From positions 37,138,001-37,202,000 of the forward strand of contig OX597832.1 in assembly GCA_951406725.2 (NCBI GenBank): DNA of 64,000 nucleotides, read 5' to 3'. Shown here in pieces: positions 15,016 through 27,569 of this stretch (the first letter of the stretch is position 1; the number at the start of each line of letters is the position of its first letter). The notes beneath the pieces are model-generated. The model saw only the letters and a program-made list of their open reading frames with translations, was not told the origin of the DNA and did no database searches. The stretch comes from Octopus vulgaris (taxonomy: Eukaryota). The translations under genes were made by a program, and so were the position numbers.

Positions 15016-15175
15016 TGTGCCTGCCATCATTATCACCATTGAAAATACTCAAACATTCAAAAATTATTTGCTACTGGTTTTTTCCCCCCCAAAACTGTTT
15101 GCTTACTCGATTGCTTGTGTCTCTCAGTGCACCTGAGCACTGTATACAATAATTTCATTATTATTATTATTATTA

Positions 15176-15218
<43 letters not shown>

Positions 15219-15219
<1 letters not shown>

Positions 15220-15765
15220 GAGTGAGAGAGCGGTTCATGCCATCAAAGTGACACTGGGGTAAAATATACGAAGCCCAATATACCCATCATGACTACCCGT
15301 CTGATAAGGGTACACCAGGCACATGCATCACAACCATATGTGCACGACATGGTGATCTCATATCAAGATAAACAGCACATGACCTTGCAGGTGGGGCCCA
15401 GTTAGAATTTTCTTCAGGTTGAGTAGCCCAACCCGCTCAAAAGGTCCCTGAATAAGGGTTGTTTAAGGATGTTGAAAGAACCACCCATGTTTCCAGAGGT
15501 GAATTATTCAAACCCCAAAGAATCCCTCTCAACACATGGCTATGATGCTCCCCCACTACTTCTGCTTGTAATCAGAGATGCACATATCGTCAGCCACTAA
15601 GGGACATGCTCAACTGGTTAAGGTCAAACAACTGACAAGCAAATCTGTGGTATTGAGCAGAATATTTACTGTAGCCCATCTCTTATACCAAGACAAAACA
15701 ATGTACATGATAACACTTCCAATCAGTTAAGATCAGAAGCCATGAGAGCCACTGCCTGGTACTTC
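15219..15765 (-). mobile_element. 3' end/UTR of an R4/Dong-like LINE embedded in (TAA)n
   Basis: Flanked on both sides by (TTA)n; homologous pieces at 19041-19363 (joined there to a Dong-like RT) and ~36850-37020. Confidence 0.6.
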
Positions 15766-15920
15766 AATTATTATTATTATTATTATTATTATTGTTATCT
15801 TTTTTTCTTCTTCTTTCAAATTTGCTTCCATTTCTTGCCGAGTGTCTTCCCGACTCCTAGGGCAAAGAAACTCATAGTATACATTGATAGGCCATTAAAC
15901 TAAACTCACTAGTTCGTTCA

Positions 15921-16017
<97 letters not shown>

Positions 16018-16506
16018 TATTTATCTAACATGCTATCTCACAAACTACTGAAGCTTGCAAGTGTCTGCTTCATTGCTCGCATATACATCTGACAAACTAC
16101 AGCAAGGAAGAAGGTTCAAAATTAAATTGAGAATTTTCATTTTGGCTTTTTGAAATAATTTTTCTTTTATTATTATTTCAAACAAGTTTTCTTGATATTA
16201 CAGAAATGGTTGAGCTCTATTCGGCATGTCTTTTTTTATTAGGTAAGCTATGAGTTTATGAACAATGAAATCAGTTATTTGAAAAAGATGCAATAGAAAT
16301 ACTTTCCACACACATTGAGGAATATAGCAAGAAAATTCCTTTCATGTATTCGTAGTTGAGTAGTTGGTATAAAAGTTAGTCTTGGAATTTATAGTAGGTT
16401 TATAGTATTGGTGGTTATAGCAGTTAATATTGGTGGTTATAGTTGTTAGGATCGAGGATTATAGTTGGCAGTGGTTATGATATTAAACATTAGGGCTACA
16501 GTAGGG

Positions 16507-16765
16507 TCATCATCATCATTGTTCGGCTGTGGTCGAGACAATGGAATTTACTATGTTACACCAGACCTCATGGTCCATCATAGCATTATGGAGGTCCTGT
16601 TGCTGGATGCCTGTACCCTGGAGATTACATCAGGGTAGGAGTGTCTGCACCCTCTGGTATCGCGAGCAGATGGCTTCCAGAGGAGAAGAGTAGAAATTAC
16701 CTCGTTTTCAGCTCTACAACAATGTCCAGCAAACTAGACTCTTCTACCTTTCACAAGCTGGCAGA
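16507..16765 (-). mobile_element. RTE-clade LINE 3' fragment with (ATG)n tail
   Basis: Minus frame VKGRRV*FAGHCCRAENEVISTLLLWKP...YPDVISR, typical RTE C-terminal FAGH motif. Confidence 0.65.
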
Positions 16766-17484
16766 GGTGCCAGCTCGCCAAGTAAAATGCTTAGTGGCAT
16801 TTTGTCCATCTTCATGTTCTGCCTTCAAATTCCATTGAGGTCGACTTTGTACTGTATCCTTCTGGAATCGATAAAATTAGTACCAATTGAATATTGGGGC
16901 TGATGTAATTGACTTACTCTCTCCACTGAAATTGATGGCCTTGAGCCAAAATTTGAAAGTAGATTTGGTAGATGGAAACTGAAAGATGCCTGTCGTATAT
17001 GTGTGTGTTTTTGTGTCTGTGTTTGTCCTTGACCACAGCTTAACAACCAGTGTTGGTTTGTTTACATCCTCATTATTTAGTGATTTTGGCAAAAGTGACC
17101 GACAGAAGTAGCAGGCTTAAAAAAAAAAAGTTCTTGGGTCGTTTGTCCAACTAAAAATTCTTCAAGGCAGTGCCCCAGCATGGCCACAGTCTAATTGCTG
17201 AAACAAGAAAATCATAAAATATCTGTGATGCTCCAGCATGGCCACAGTCAAATGACTGAAACAAGTAAAAGAATAAAAAAAAAGACAAAAGAAAAAAACA
17301 CAGAAAAAGATACACACATACATGGATGCAGAATTTGTATATTGCTTATTTTCCCTTCAGCAGAAAGACACAAGTTTGTTTATAGGTCTAATAGATGAGG
17401 ATTTGTGATATTCATGCCTTTTTCAAAATCATTATTGATGTAAGTGGAGGAAGTTTTCAGCCAAACGGCCCCTTTGCCCTGACT

Positions 17485-17782
17485 TCATTGTAACAAAATT
17501 TTTGTTGTCATGACTACATTGTCGCAAAATCTCTGTCACTGTGATTGCACAGTAACAACATCTCTGTTACTATGACTACATTGTAGTAAAATCTCTGTTG
17601 CTTTGAGTGCATTGTAGTAAAATCTCTGTTGCCATGACTACACTGTAGCGAAATTTCTATTGCTATGACAACATTGTTGTAAAAAAATCTCTGTTGCTTT
17701 GAGTGCATTGTAGTAAAATCTCTGTTGCCATGACTACACTGTAGCAAAATTTCTATTGTTATGACAACATTGTTGTAAAATT
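17485..17782. repeat. ~31-bp minisatellite, about 9-10 copies, with 3-unit higher-order repeat
   Basis: Unit approx. CATTGTAGTAAAATCTCTGTTGCCATGACTA; the variant series TTTGAGTG / CCATGACTACAC / TATGACAAC occurs twice in the same order. Confidence 0.85.
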
Positions 17783-18268
17783 CCTCTTTCTGTGAATACT
17801 CTTTACCAGAACTTACTCTGCTGTCATTGTACTCTTCTACTCAACCAAATCTTGAAATGTCAAGAATTATGCAAGGAATTCTAACTTTGGTCTGATTCTG
17901 TGAGGAGTTAATCCAGAATCTTTTCGTTACATTGCAGCAATACGTTGACTTTGTTTTTGTTTGCTTTTGTTCGTAATTTGCCTTCTTGAAAATGTCAGCT
18001 TGGCACAAGAATTATTCTTCAAGAGTTCTACAAGTGCAAAAAACCCCATATTTTATAGAATCTCAAGTCTTTTGGTGTTTTACTGACATTTCAACCTTTT
18101 TAATAATAAATGTTGAATATCCTGGAGACTGTCAGGTGTGAATACGAATGTGTGTGTGTGTGCGCATGCGTGTGTGTGTGTATGTGTGTGTTTGTGTGTG
18201 TGTGTGTGTGCGTGTGTGTATATGTGTGTGTGTGTTTGTGTGTTTGCGTGTGTGTGTGCGTGTGTGCA

Positions 18269-18310
<42 letters not shown>

Positions 18311-18765
18311 TGTTTGTGTGTGTGTGAGTGTGTATGTGTGTATGTGTGTGTTTGTGTGTGTGCGTGCATATGTGTGTGTGTGTGTGTGAGTGTGTGTATG
18401 TGTGTGTGTATGTGTGTGTGTGTGTGTAGACATGTGATGGTATGGTGAGAGTAATTGAGTGGTAGGTAGTACTACTAGCAGTAGTAATGTTGGTTGTGGT
18501 AGCGTGTGGTAGTTGTGTTCTATTCTTGTTGACACTCGTTAAAGCAGACATCATTTCTAAATATTCTTGTTGGTGTTGTAGTACCTATATAGTATGGAGA
18601 TAGTGGTGTCTTGTGACTATTGTTGTTCCTGAGGTTCCAGTATATTTTGTGGTATCTACAGAGATTGGGGTGTCTTTATGACCATTGTTGCTGAGGCTGT
18701 AGGGTATTTGCTGCCTTACCTTAGACAAATTTTTATTATTATCATTGTTGTTTTTGTTATTGTTG

Positions 18766-18826
<61 letters not shown>

Positions 18827-19040
18827 GGCAGTGAGATGGTTGAATTGCTAACATGCCAGCAGGCGGAATGCTTAGTGATATTTCATCTGTCTTTACGTTC
18901 TGAGTTCAAATTCTGCCGGGATCAACTTTACCTTTCGTCCTTTTGAAGTCGATAAAATAAGTACCAGTGAAACACTGGGGGTCAATGTAATTTTAGGTTT
19001 TGTGCCCTTAGTAGAAAGGACTGTTATTATTATTATTATT

Positions 19041-20130
19041 GAGTGAGAAAACAATGCATGCCATCAAAGTGACACTGGGGTAAAATATATGAAGCCCAGT
19101 ATACCCATCATGAGTTCTCATCTGGTAGGGGTCCACCGGGCACATGCATCACAACCGTATGTGCGCAACATAGCCATGAGTTGAGAGGAATTTTGGTGGG
19201 TTTGAATAATTCACCTCTGGAAACATGGGTGTTTCATTCAACATCCATAAACAACCCTTATTCAAGGATGGGCTAATCAACTTGAAGAAAATTTTAACTG
19301 GGCCCCCACCTGCAAGGCCATGCTCTGCTTACCTTGATATGAGATTACCATGTTGCGCACATAACGATATGAAAGAAAAGACAACAAAAGAGTATTTGTG
19401 GCGACTGAGAAAAATGTTGAATTCAAAGTTGAATGCCAGGAACATAATTTTGGCCATAAATTCATGTCTTTTCTTTCATATCATTACGTTTAATTCCCTC
19501 GGCCTCAAGTATTCCCAGGTATTTATATCTAGACTCAGGTTCAATTGCCTTCATCATTTCATCATTTCATCCCTTGACATAAATATACTTTCTGTTCCGG
19601 CCAAACTTTCCTCATCTCATCACCATCACAACACATTTTGAAACTCTAAACTCCATCTTGATATCATTTGAGAAAATATGCACCGAGTGAACCAGACTGT
19701 CCAGTTCTGTTTCACTTTTTGTGAACAACTTCAAAATCAACCATGAATAACAGGTGATTAACCCTTTCATTACCAACCCGGCTGAAACCGGTTCTGGCTC
19801 TGAGTACAAATGTCTTGTTTTCATAAGTTTTGAATTAAAACTTTCCACCAAACCTTAATCACAATTTATGTTCCTAACACCAGCTCAATGATAACCACAT
19901 TATTTTACTAAATTCTTTGTTATATTTATAATTAATTGAAAGAAACCTGACAGAGTATTTCAGAATAAATACGGTAACGAAAGGGTTAGACTTCCATTGC
20001 CACTTCCCAGATCATACCCCACCTTTGTCTTCAGCAGTATTTCACTCAAGGGAATCATTCCCAGTACAAAGATTAGTGGGGATACACTGTTCCCCCAGAA
20101 GATTCCTCTCCTGTGTTAAATCAGTTCTCC
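19041..20130 (-). mobile_element. Rearranged R4/Dong-like LINE remnant (RT + 3' UTR + TAA tail)
   Basis: Minus frame RGIF.GNSVSPLIFVLGMIPLS...NHLLFMVD.KLFTKSETELDSLV...DIKMEFRVSKC...YKYLGILE; locally inverted piece MKEKTTKEYLWRLRKMLNSKLNARN on +. Confidence 0.75.
19762..19985. mobile_element. piggyBac-type MITE nested in the LINE RT
   Basis: TTAA-CCCTTTCATTACC ... GGTAACGAAAGGG-TTAG; the RT reading continues across it. Confidence 0.8.
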
Positions 20131-20623
20131 TTCTGCTACTCCATACATTTCCATAGTAGTAGTAGTAGTAGTAGCAGTAGCAGCAGTAGGTGTTAAGACT
20201 GTGAATTGACTATGGCTGTAGAATACAAAACCAATTGTTTTCAGGGCAATAATTGATATAATGAACTATATTACTCCGCTACAAAAGCAAGCTTTGTGCC
20301 TGAGTAATAAATTATTAAAAATTCATTAACAAAAATAATTAAAGTTAATTTGTTGTAATGCAAGAGCAAGCCAATAGTTTGGATGCTTGTGTGTTTCCAG
20401 ATAAAATAATGAATTTTGAGGTGAATGCTGGGATTGCTCAGTAGCAGAGTTTTGATGCCACAAACCACTGCTATTCTTATTGGATTCTTGATATTTCTTT
20501 AAGAAATTATTAGAACAGTTGTTGTTGATGATATTGCATACAGACTTTATGTGTGTTTTTGGTGATGACGGCCAAGACACACACGCACACGCACACACAG
20601 ACACACATGCACTTTAGGTTAAT

Positions 20624-20944
20624 TAAAATATGTTTGTAACTTATTTTGACTTCTAAAGGCAAATTCTCTGCATTTACCATGGAAAAAGTTCTCATTCATG
20701 GTAAAAGGTGTAAAAACAATCTAACTGTTTCGTGTCTCTCACTAGTAGACTCCTAGATGCATTTCAAGTTGTTTAGCCTTCCTCAGTAGGAGATACTGAA
20801 GAGAGACAACCTTGGGTGAGTTCACTAGTGAAAGATACCAAGCAGATAAGAGGTGTTTTCACACCTTTTACCATAAGCAAGAATTTTTTGGTAAATGCTG
20901 TGAGTTTGCCTTTAGGAGTTCAAATATGTCACAAGCATATTTTA
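20624..20944. mobile_element. Foldback/MITE-like ~320-bp imperfect palindrome
   Basis: TAAAATATGTTTGTAAC...CTAAAGGCAAATTC...ATGGTAAAAGGTGT...TCACTAGT mirrored by ACTAGTGA...ACACCTTTTACCAT...GAGTTTGCCTTTAG...CAAGCATATTTTA. Confidence 0.8.
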
Positions 20945-21045
20945 TCTAAAGTTTGTTTATTCCTCATCACTTCTTACTGCTGACACTACTGTTTTTATAT
21001 ATATATATACACACACAAATACACTTTCTCAGGAATAACAATGCA

Positions 21046-21138
21046 TGTGGCTGAAGAGAGCTTTAAACCATCCTTTATATCTATTATACACTGATGTAAG
21101 AACAGGTCGTTTATAAAGCTTGAAACACGTGTACCACG
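21046..21138 (+). ncRNA. Type-I hammerhead ribozyme (Penelope pLTR-type, palindromic short stem III)
   Basis: Stem I GTGG/CCAC; CTGAAGA (21051-21057); stem II GAGCTTTA/TAAAGCTT; GAAAC-ACGT-GTA (21122-21133). Confidence 0.75.
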
Positions 21139-21171
21139 ACATCCTTTGTCTTCTGTTTTTGATTTTATTTG

Positions 21172-21211
<40 letters not shown>

Positions 21212-21244
21212 ATATAATTTATACTTATGTGTTTCTTTTTGCAG

Positions 21245-21357
21245 CAAAAAATCTTCTTCGTTGCTCATCGAAGGGGATCAGTATATCCCTGAACAGCGAT
21301 CCTGGGTCAGGTTATGGACTGTTAATTTAGATAACATTTTTTATTATATCAAATACC
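21245..21357 (+). CDS. FAIM-like protein, internal exon (phase 2 to phase 1)
   Basis: TTTCTTTTTGCAG| ... |GTGAGT; encodes KKSSSLLIEGDQYIPEQRSWVRLWTVNLDNIFYYIKY, aligning by eye to FAIM1 YTLEINGK...EDRSK...TWVLHMDGENFRIVL. Confidence 0.7.
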
Positions 21358-21424
21358 GTGAGTATGATCCTTTAATTACCTCTGTTAATTTGTTTTCATT
21401 ATCATGTATATATTTCTTCTCCAT

Positions 21425-21740
21425 GAAGGCATGTGGTTAAGTGTTTAGAGCATTTGGCACACAATTGTAAGGTCATGAGTTCAATTCCCAGTGACACATC
21501 GAATCCTTGAGCAAGACACTTTATTCCACATTGCTCCAGTCCACTCAGCTGGCAAAAATGAGTTGTACTTGTAATTCAAAGGCCCAGCCTTGTCACATTC
21601 TGTGTCATGCTGAATCTCTCTGAGGACTATGTTAAGGGTACATGTGTCTGTGGAGCGCTCAGCCACATGCACATTATAAGCAGGTTGTTTGGTTGATTGG
21701 ATCAACTGGGACCCTCATTACCATAACTGACGGAGAGCCT
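21425..21740 (+). mobile_element. tRNA-derived SINE family D
   Basis: Homologous to 12705-13030. Confidence 0.7.
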
Positions 21741-23567
21741 GTCCTAAACGTTCTGTTACATGGCCACTCTATGCTTTGTTCTGTTTAATATTTAATATAT
21801 CATAACTATCCATTAGATCCTATTAAAAACTGGACAGAGCATGACACTAAATAATTGACCATCATTAGTTATCCCATTGTAGCATCTCTGCCGTTATGTG
21901 TTTGTGGCAAGCAGGCTGACCCGTCTCACCCTCAGTTGATTGTCAGCCTAACATTGTTGTCCATTTTATCACCTGACTGAAACTGACTAAATGCAAATTA
22001 AATGGAATTGTAAATGAATCTGACAGGAATATACACAACAGATTATCATCAAGCATTATGACAAAGCACATATAAAAAAAGAAAATGTCCTTAATGCAAA
22101 CATAATGAACAACGAAGCAAAGATTTTCACAATACAAATATTGAAGGTTGTGTAGAATGCTTCACTCTGGCAAAAAACCTACATAACATTCAAAGTTCAT
22201 AAGGAAAACTTTATCTCCTATTTAAAATGCAAGTTCTTTAATCTTATGAAAAATGAACTGAAATAAACTTAGTTGTTGTTGCTTAACTGCCGATTGAATA
22301 GACCTATGATCAAAGACACTCCAGATGTGATCATCTCACCTTATTTTCAGGTGTTAGTGTATCTAAGAGTAAAATTTAAATGTATCTTTCTCTTCATTAA
22401 CAAGGTAGAATGTGATTTGAGGGAGATTTGGTTGCTGTTTTTTTGAAGATTCAATTACTTAGATGGTAACCAAAGCTACATCATGGACTCAGTCTGTTGC
22501 TAAGTTCCTGCCTGAAAGATTGAACGAAGAAAAGAGGAATGACTGATGAAATGGAAGAATGAATTAATAAATGAATGAACAGAAAGCGGAATGACTGAAT
22601 GAAGGAATGAACGAATAGAGGAATGAACGAATGAATGAATGAATGAATGAATGAATGGATGGAAAAATGAACGAATAATGGAATAGATGAATAAGCATAT
22701 CCGTGTTTTGTATAAAACGAAAATAGAGTTCTTCCCTTTCACCTTCTCACCCAGCTCTGCCATTTGTCTGTTGTGTCTCACAGACTATCAGAACTATTGT
22801 TCCTGGAAAGGTTGTTATTTGATTTACTGTAGATCAATGGAGGAAACTGAAAAGTGGTATAATTCCAGTGAATTGCTCTGATGTTAATAATACCCAGCAC
22901 AATATTCTGTTTTGTACCAAATTCCACATTAATAAGCACCGCCAAAGTGGCTTTCAAAAACAACTGTTACAGTGCTGAGTTCTGTATCAAATCTACATTA
23001 ATATACATTGTGACTGTTCCATTCCTTGATAAACAATGTCGTTTCACAGAAGTATTGTTGCATAGAAACTTAGTGGACATGTCTATAAGGATTTACTTGA
23101 CTGATGCATATAGGTTTATTGGACAGCTCTCTTGGGGTTTAGTGAATGGGTGTATAGGAAATTAGGAAACAGTTCTAAAGAGACAGAGTGACACTTCTGT
23201 AGGAACAGAGTGTTATCTGTTGAGTGGGAAGTCTATCTGGATTATATGTTTGTCTGGGTGGTAGCTAATAAGGTGGATGGCCACTTTCTTGAATTTAGTG
23301 TTGAAAATGGGGGTATATTTGGATTTACAAATAAGAGAAAAGAATACTTAATCTATATAGAAAAGTTTGCTCATTTGTTTGATGGTGCCGCTTCCCTCCA
23401 CAGTGTCACTCTGAGTTTTGTGTTGACTCTTCTTACAGAATCTTACTACTGTAGATATTCACAATGTCCAAATACGTACATTCCATTCTTCGTTTTCTCA
23501 GCTTGCACAAATATATGTAAAATGGTTAAAGAGAACTGATTTATAATTCCAGAAATTTCCATTTCAG

Positions 23568-23617
23568 ATTATGGCACTGGCTCAGTAAATTGTAATGGAG
23601 ATTTCCTTAAAACAATT
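23568..23617 (+). CDS. FAIM-like protein, 50-nt penultimate coding exon (phase 1 to phase 0)
   Basis: TTTCCATTTCAG| ... |GTAAGT; (H)YGTGSVNCNGDFLKTI matches FAIM1 EKDAMDVWCNGKKLETA in length and in the CNG..L.T motif. Confidence 0.8.
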
Positions 23618-23929
23618 GTAAGTGTTTGAAAATTCTTTTATTAATACCATCTTAACTTTTTGACCTTTAAAGCTGAAGTTTCACAGTCATTAAATGTTAA
23701 AATATTATATTGTGTAGCACATTAGATATTTGAAAAAAATGTTGATTATTATAAAAGAAGCCAGAGTTGTGTCATTGAGGAGGTTGTTTCCCAACCTGTG
23801 TTCTTGGGTTCAATACCATTGCATGGCAGCTGGAGTAAGTGTCTTCCACTGTAGCCCTGAGCTAACCAAAGCCTTGCGAGTGTATTTGGTAGATGGAAAC
23901 TGGAAGAAGCTTGTTGTGTATATATAGGT

Positions 23930-24323
23930 GTAGGTGTGGCTGTGTGGTAAGAAGCTTACTTCCCAACCACATGGTTCCAGGTTCAGTCCCACTGTATGGC
24001 ACTATAATCTCGAGCTGAGCAAAGCCTTGGGAGTGGATTTGGTAGATGGAAACTGAAAGAAGCCTGTCATATATATATGTATATATATATATATATATTT
24101 ATGTGTGCATGTGTGTCTTTGTATCTGTGTTTGTCCTCCCCCCATCACTTGACAACCAATGCTGGTATGTTTTTGTTCCCATAACTTAGCGGTTCGACAA
24201 AAGACTCTGACAGAATAAGTACTGAGCTTACAAAGAATAAATTCTTGGGTCGGTTTCTTCGACTAAAACCCTTTAAGGTGGTGCTCTAGCATGACTGCAG
24301 TCAAATGACCAAACCATGTAAAC

Positions 24324-24325
<2 letters not shown>
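23930..24325 (+). mobile_element. SINE family A (preceded by a second partial head at ~23770-23920)
   Basis: Family A head, microsatellite and tail. Confidence 0.75.
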
Positions 24326-24377
<52 letters not shown>

Positions 24378-24580
24378 GTATGCATTTATGCATTTGGGTT
24401 AGTGATGTTTCTGGTGGCGGTGGTGTTGGTGATGAATACGATTGTGATAAAGTTGGTGATGGTTGTAGTGATTATAGTGATGATGATGATGACAATGATG
24501 ATGATGTGGATAATGATGACGGCGGTGATGATAACAGTAACGATGCTTTAATTAATTACACTATTTTATCTAAATTTCAG

Positions 24581-24721
24581 AGCGGCTTCAGCAAGGAAGG
24601 ACCTCAGACCATCTTTCTCATAGGCAGCCACGAGGCCTGTATACAGACAGTAACCAATGGTGTCAACAAGTATGGCTGTTTTCACACTCTCAAAGTCAAT
24701 GGAGAGATTGTACCGGAATAG
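24581..24721 (+). CDS. FAIM-like protein, last coding exon
   Basis: TAAATTTCAG|; SGFSKEGPQTIFLIGSHEACIQTVTNGVNKYGCFHTLKVNGEIVPE* aligns without gaps to FAIM1 GEFVDDGTETHFSIGNHDCYIKAVSSGKRKEGIIHTLIVDNREIPE. Confidence 0.85.
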   Translation, partial: SGFSKEGPQTIFLIGSHEACIQTVTNGVNKYGCFHTLKVNGEIVPE

Positions 24722-25699
24722 AACAGGGGCCGTTCTTACTGCCTCTCTCTTGGAGAGAGAGAGAGTGAGAGTGAGAGTAGTGAGAATGAAGGGTAGAAAT
24801 GAAAATATTGCAAATGAAGGATGGGGAAGTAGACAAAGCAGAAGAAAAGACGGAGGGAGAGTCGGAGAGAGAGAGAGAAAAAAGAAGAGAAAAACTAGAA
24901 AAGAGGAGCCTGAAAGAGAGAGTGATAGAGAAAGAAGAATTAGAGAATAATTAAGGTATTGAGAGAGAGTGAGAGAGAGAGAGACAATGAGTGAATGAGA
25001 GAGTGAGAGAGAAAACCTGGGAAAAAGTAAAACTGAAATGGTTAGAAAGATATGTGAGGGGGGGAATGATCAACAGATAGACCAATAGATAGACCAATAG
25101 ATAGACCAATAGATAGACCAATAGGTAGATAGACAAATGAACTAGTGTATAGATGGATAGATAGACAGGTGTAAAACCTGAAGTTGTCGTTTGGAAGCTA
25201 GTTTTAAGATTAACGATGGGAACATTTAGTGGCTGGTGGGACACAGTATTGAAAGTAGAATCAAATTTATTATAAATGTCATGTTGATTGGGACTTCGAA
25301 GTTTTGCCTCAGCATTTATTCAATCAGAGGTTGAGTAAGCAGCCATCAGGTAAGACTTACAGTCTGACAGTGAGCGACAGAAAGATTGATAGGTACATAG
25401 ATAATTAGCCAGGTGTATAGATGAAGAGACAGATTCTTAATGAAACAAAAAACAGATAAACAAATTGTATGTGTGTGTGTGTGTGTGTGTATCTATATAA
25501 GTGTGCATGTGTTACATATTTCGAACTGTGTTTGTGTGAGTCGGTACTTGGTGTTTCAATTTCGGTTTCCAGGAGACTCAGTAGCGACTCACACATTCCG
25601 CTCTCAATGAAATATTATTATTATTATTCTCCTCTAACGAACTATTTTTCTAATTTCTTTTCTAAATTTCATTTTGCACCAGTATGAGACCGACATTTA

Positions 25700-25721
25700 C
25701 TTATATATGCAGATACACACA

Positions 25722-25777
<56 letters not shown>

Positions 25778-25834
25778 CCCTGAAGTGTTGCCACTGACAA
25801 ACCTTGAAAGATACAGACAACTTCTGTGAAACTT

Positions 25835-25909
<75 letters not shown>

Positions 25910-25932
25910 TTTATATATATATATGTGTGTTT

Positions 25933-25963
<31 letters not shown>

Positions 25964-26096
25964 TATATATATGTTATATATATATATATAAACACATGAC
26001 TACAGGCATATAGGACTACATACATATATAGATGGACACACACACATACAAATACACATATATGCATATGTGTATATCTATGTGTGTGTGTGTGTT

Positions 26097-26130
<34 letters not shown>

Positions 26131-26763
26131 TATCTATATATATACAAGTATGCATATATGTATTATTTGTAAAATTTATATATATAAATGTGTATATATA
26201 CTTGTATGTATATATATATATGTGTGTATGTGTGTAAGCATATCTATAAATATGTATATGTAGTGGTAGGTTTACATATGTGTGTGTATATATATACACA
26301 CACAAATGTGTATATGGTTGTATGTATATATTATATATGAACATATTATATATTATATATGAACATATATATATATTGTATCAAAAACTTTTGAGTGATA
26401 TATTAACTTAATATGAAATATTTTTATATATCACTCCACATGAAAACAAACATCAATGTATACATACATAAATATATATCAATTTTAAATATAAATATAT
26501 ATATAATAAAATATATATAAATATATATATATATTTTTATATATAAATATATATAATATATATAATTATATGTATATTTATATATCTATAATACATACAA
26601 TATATATATATAGATATATATTTGAATGTCTATATGTACATTTATATATTTTATATATGTTTATATAATATTTATATATATATAATATATATATATATTT
26701 ATATATTAATGAATAAATATATACGTTCATATACTTACATATATATATATGTGTGTATGTGGG

Positions 26764-26805
<42 letters not shown>

Positions 26806-27363
26806 AGAGAGTGTAAAATACTTTGATTGATTGACAAATTACCTGAAGTGATTTCAAAAGGTCTCAGACTTATAGATTTATTATTATTGTTAGTAGTAGT
26901 TGTAGTAAGGTGCCAAGCTGGCAGAATTGTTAGCATGCTGGGCGAAATGCTTAGTGGTATTTCTCCTGTTGCTACGTTGTGAGTTCAAGTTCCACTGAGG
27001 TTGACTTTGCCTTTCATCCTTTCGGGGTCGATAAATTAAGTACCAGTCAAGTACTGGGGTCGATGTGATCGACTATCTCTGTCCCCTCAAATTTCAGGCC
27101 TTGTGCCTATAGTAGATATGATTATTGTTATTATTACCACTATTATTTAAAACTTTGATTCAGCCTCTTGCAGCACAATGTTTCAAAGGCTCATGACAGG
27201 AACCTGGCTCATCAGGCTCAATCAAACCTTTTTTAAATAATAATATGTATGACTCCTACTAAATGTATTGAGTGCATCTTTCTTTTGTTTGTCTATTCAC
27301 TTGTGTGTGTGTGTGTAAGCATGCATATATGCATGTTCATATGTATGTATATGTATATTTATG

Positions 27364-27405
<42 letters not shown>

Positions 27406-27429
27406 TTCATATATATACATATATATATC

Positions 27430-27482
<53 letters not shown>

Positions 27483-27507
27483 CATACATATATATATATA
27501 TACATAC

Positions 27508-27569
<62 letters not shown>

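Noticed and set aside
17351-17440. Possible upstream FAIM-like exon (good acceptor, GTAAGT donor, FFKIIID)
   Set aside because: Stops in all frames from the strong acceptor, and the donor phase does not fit the phase-2 acceptor at 21245.
22730-23540. Non-repetitive intronic stretch with short ORFs on both strands
   Set aside because: Frequent stops and no motif I can assign; probably old TE debris.
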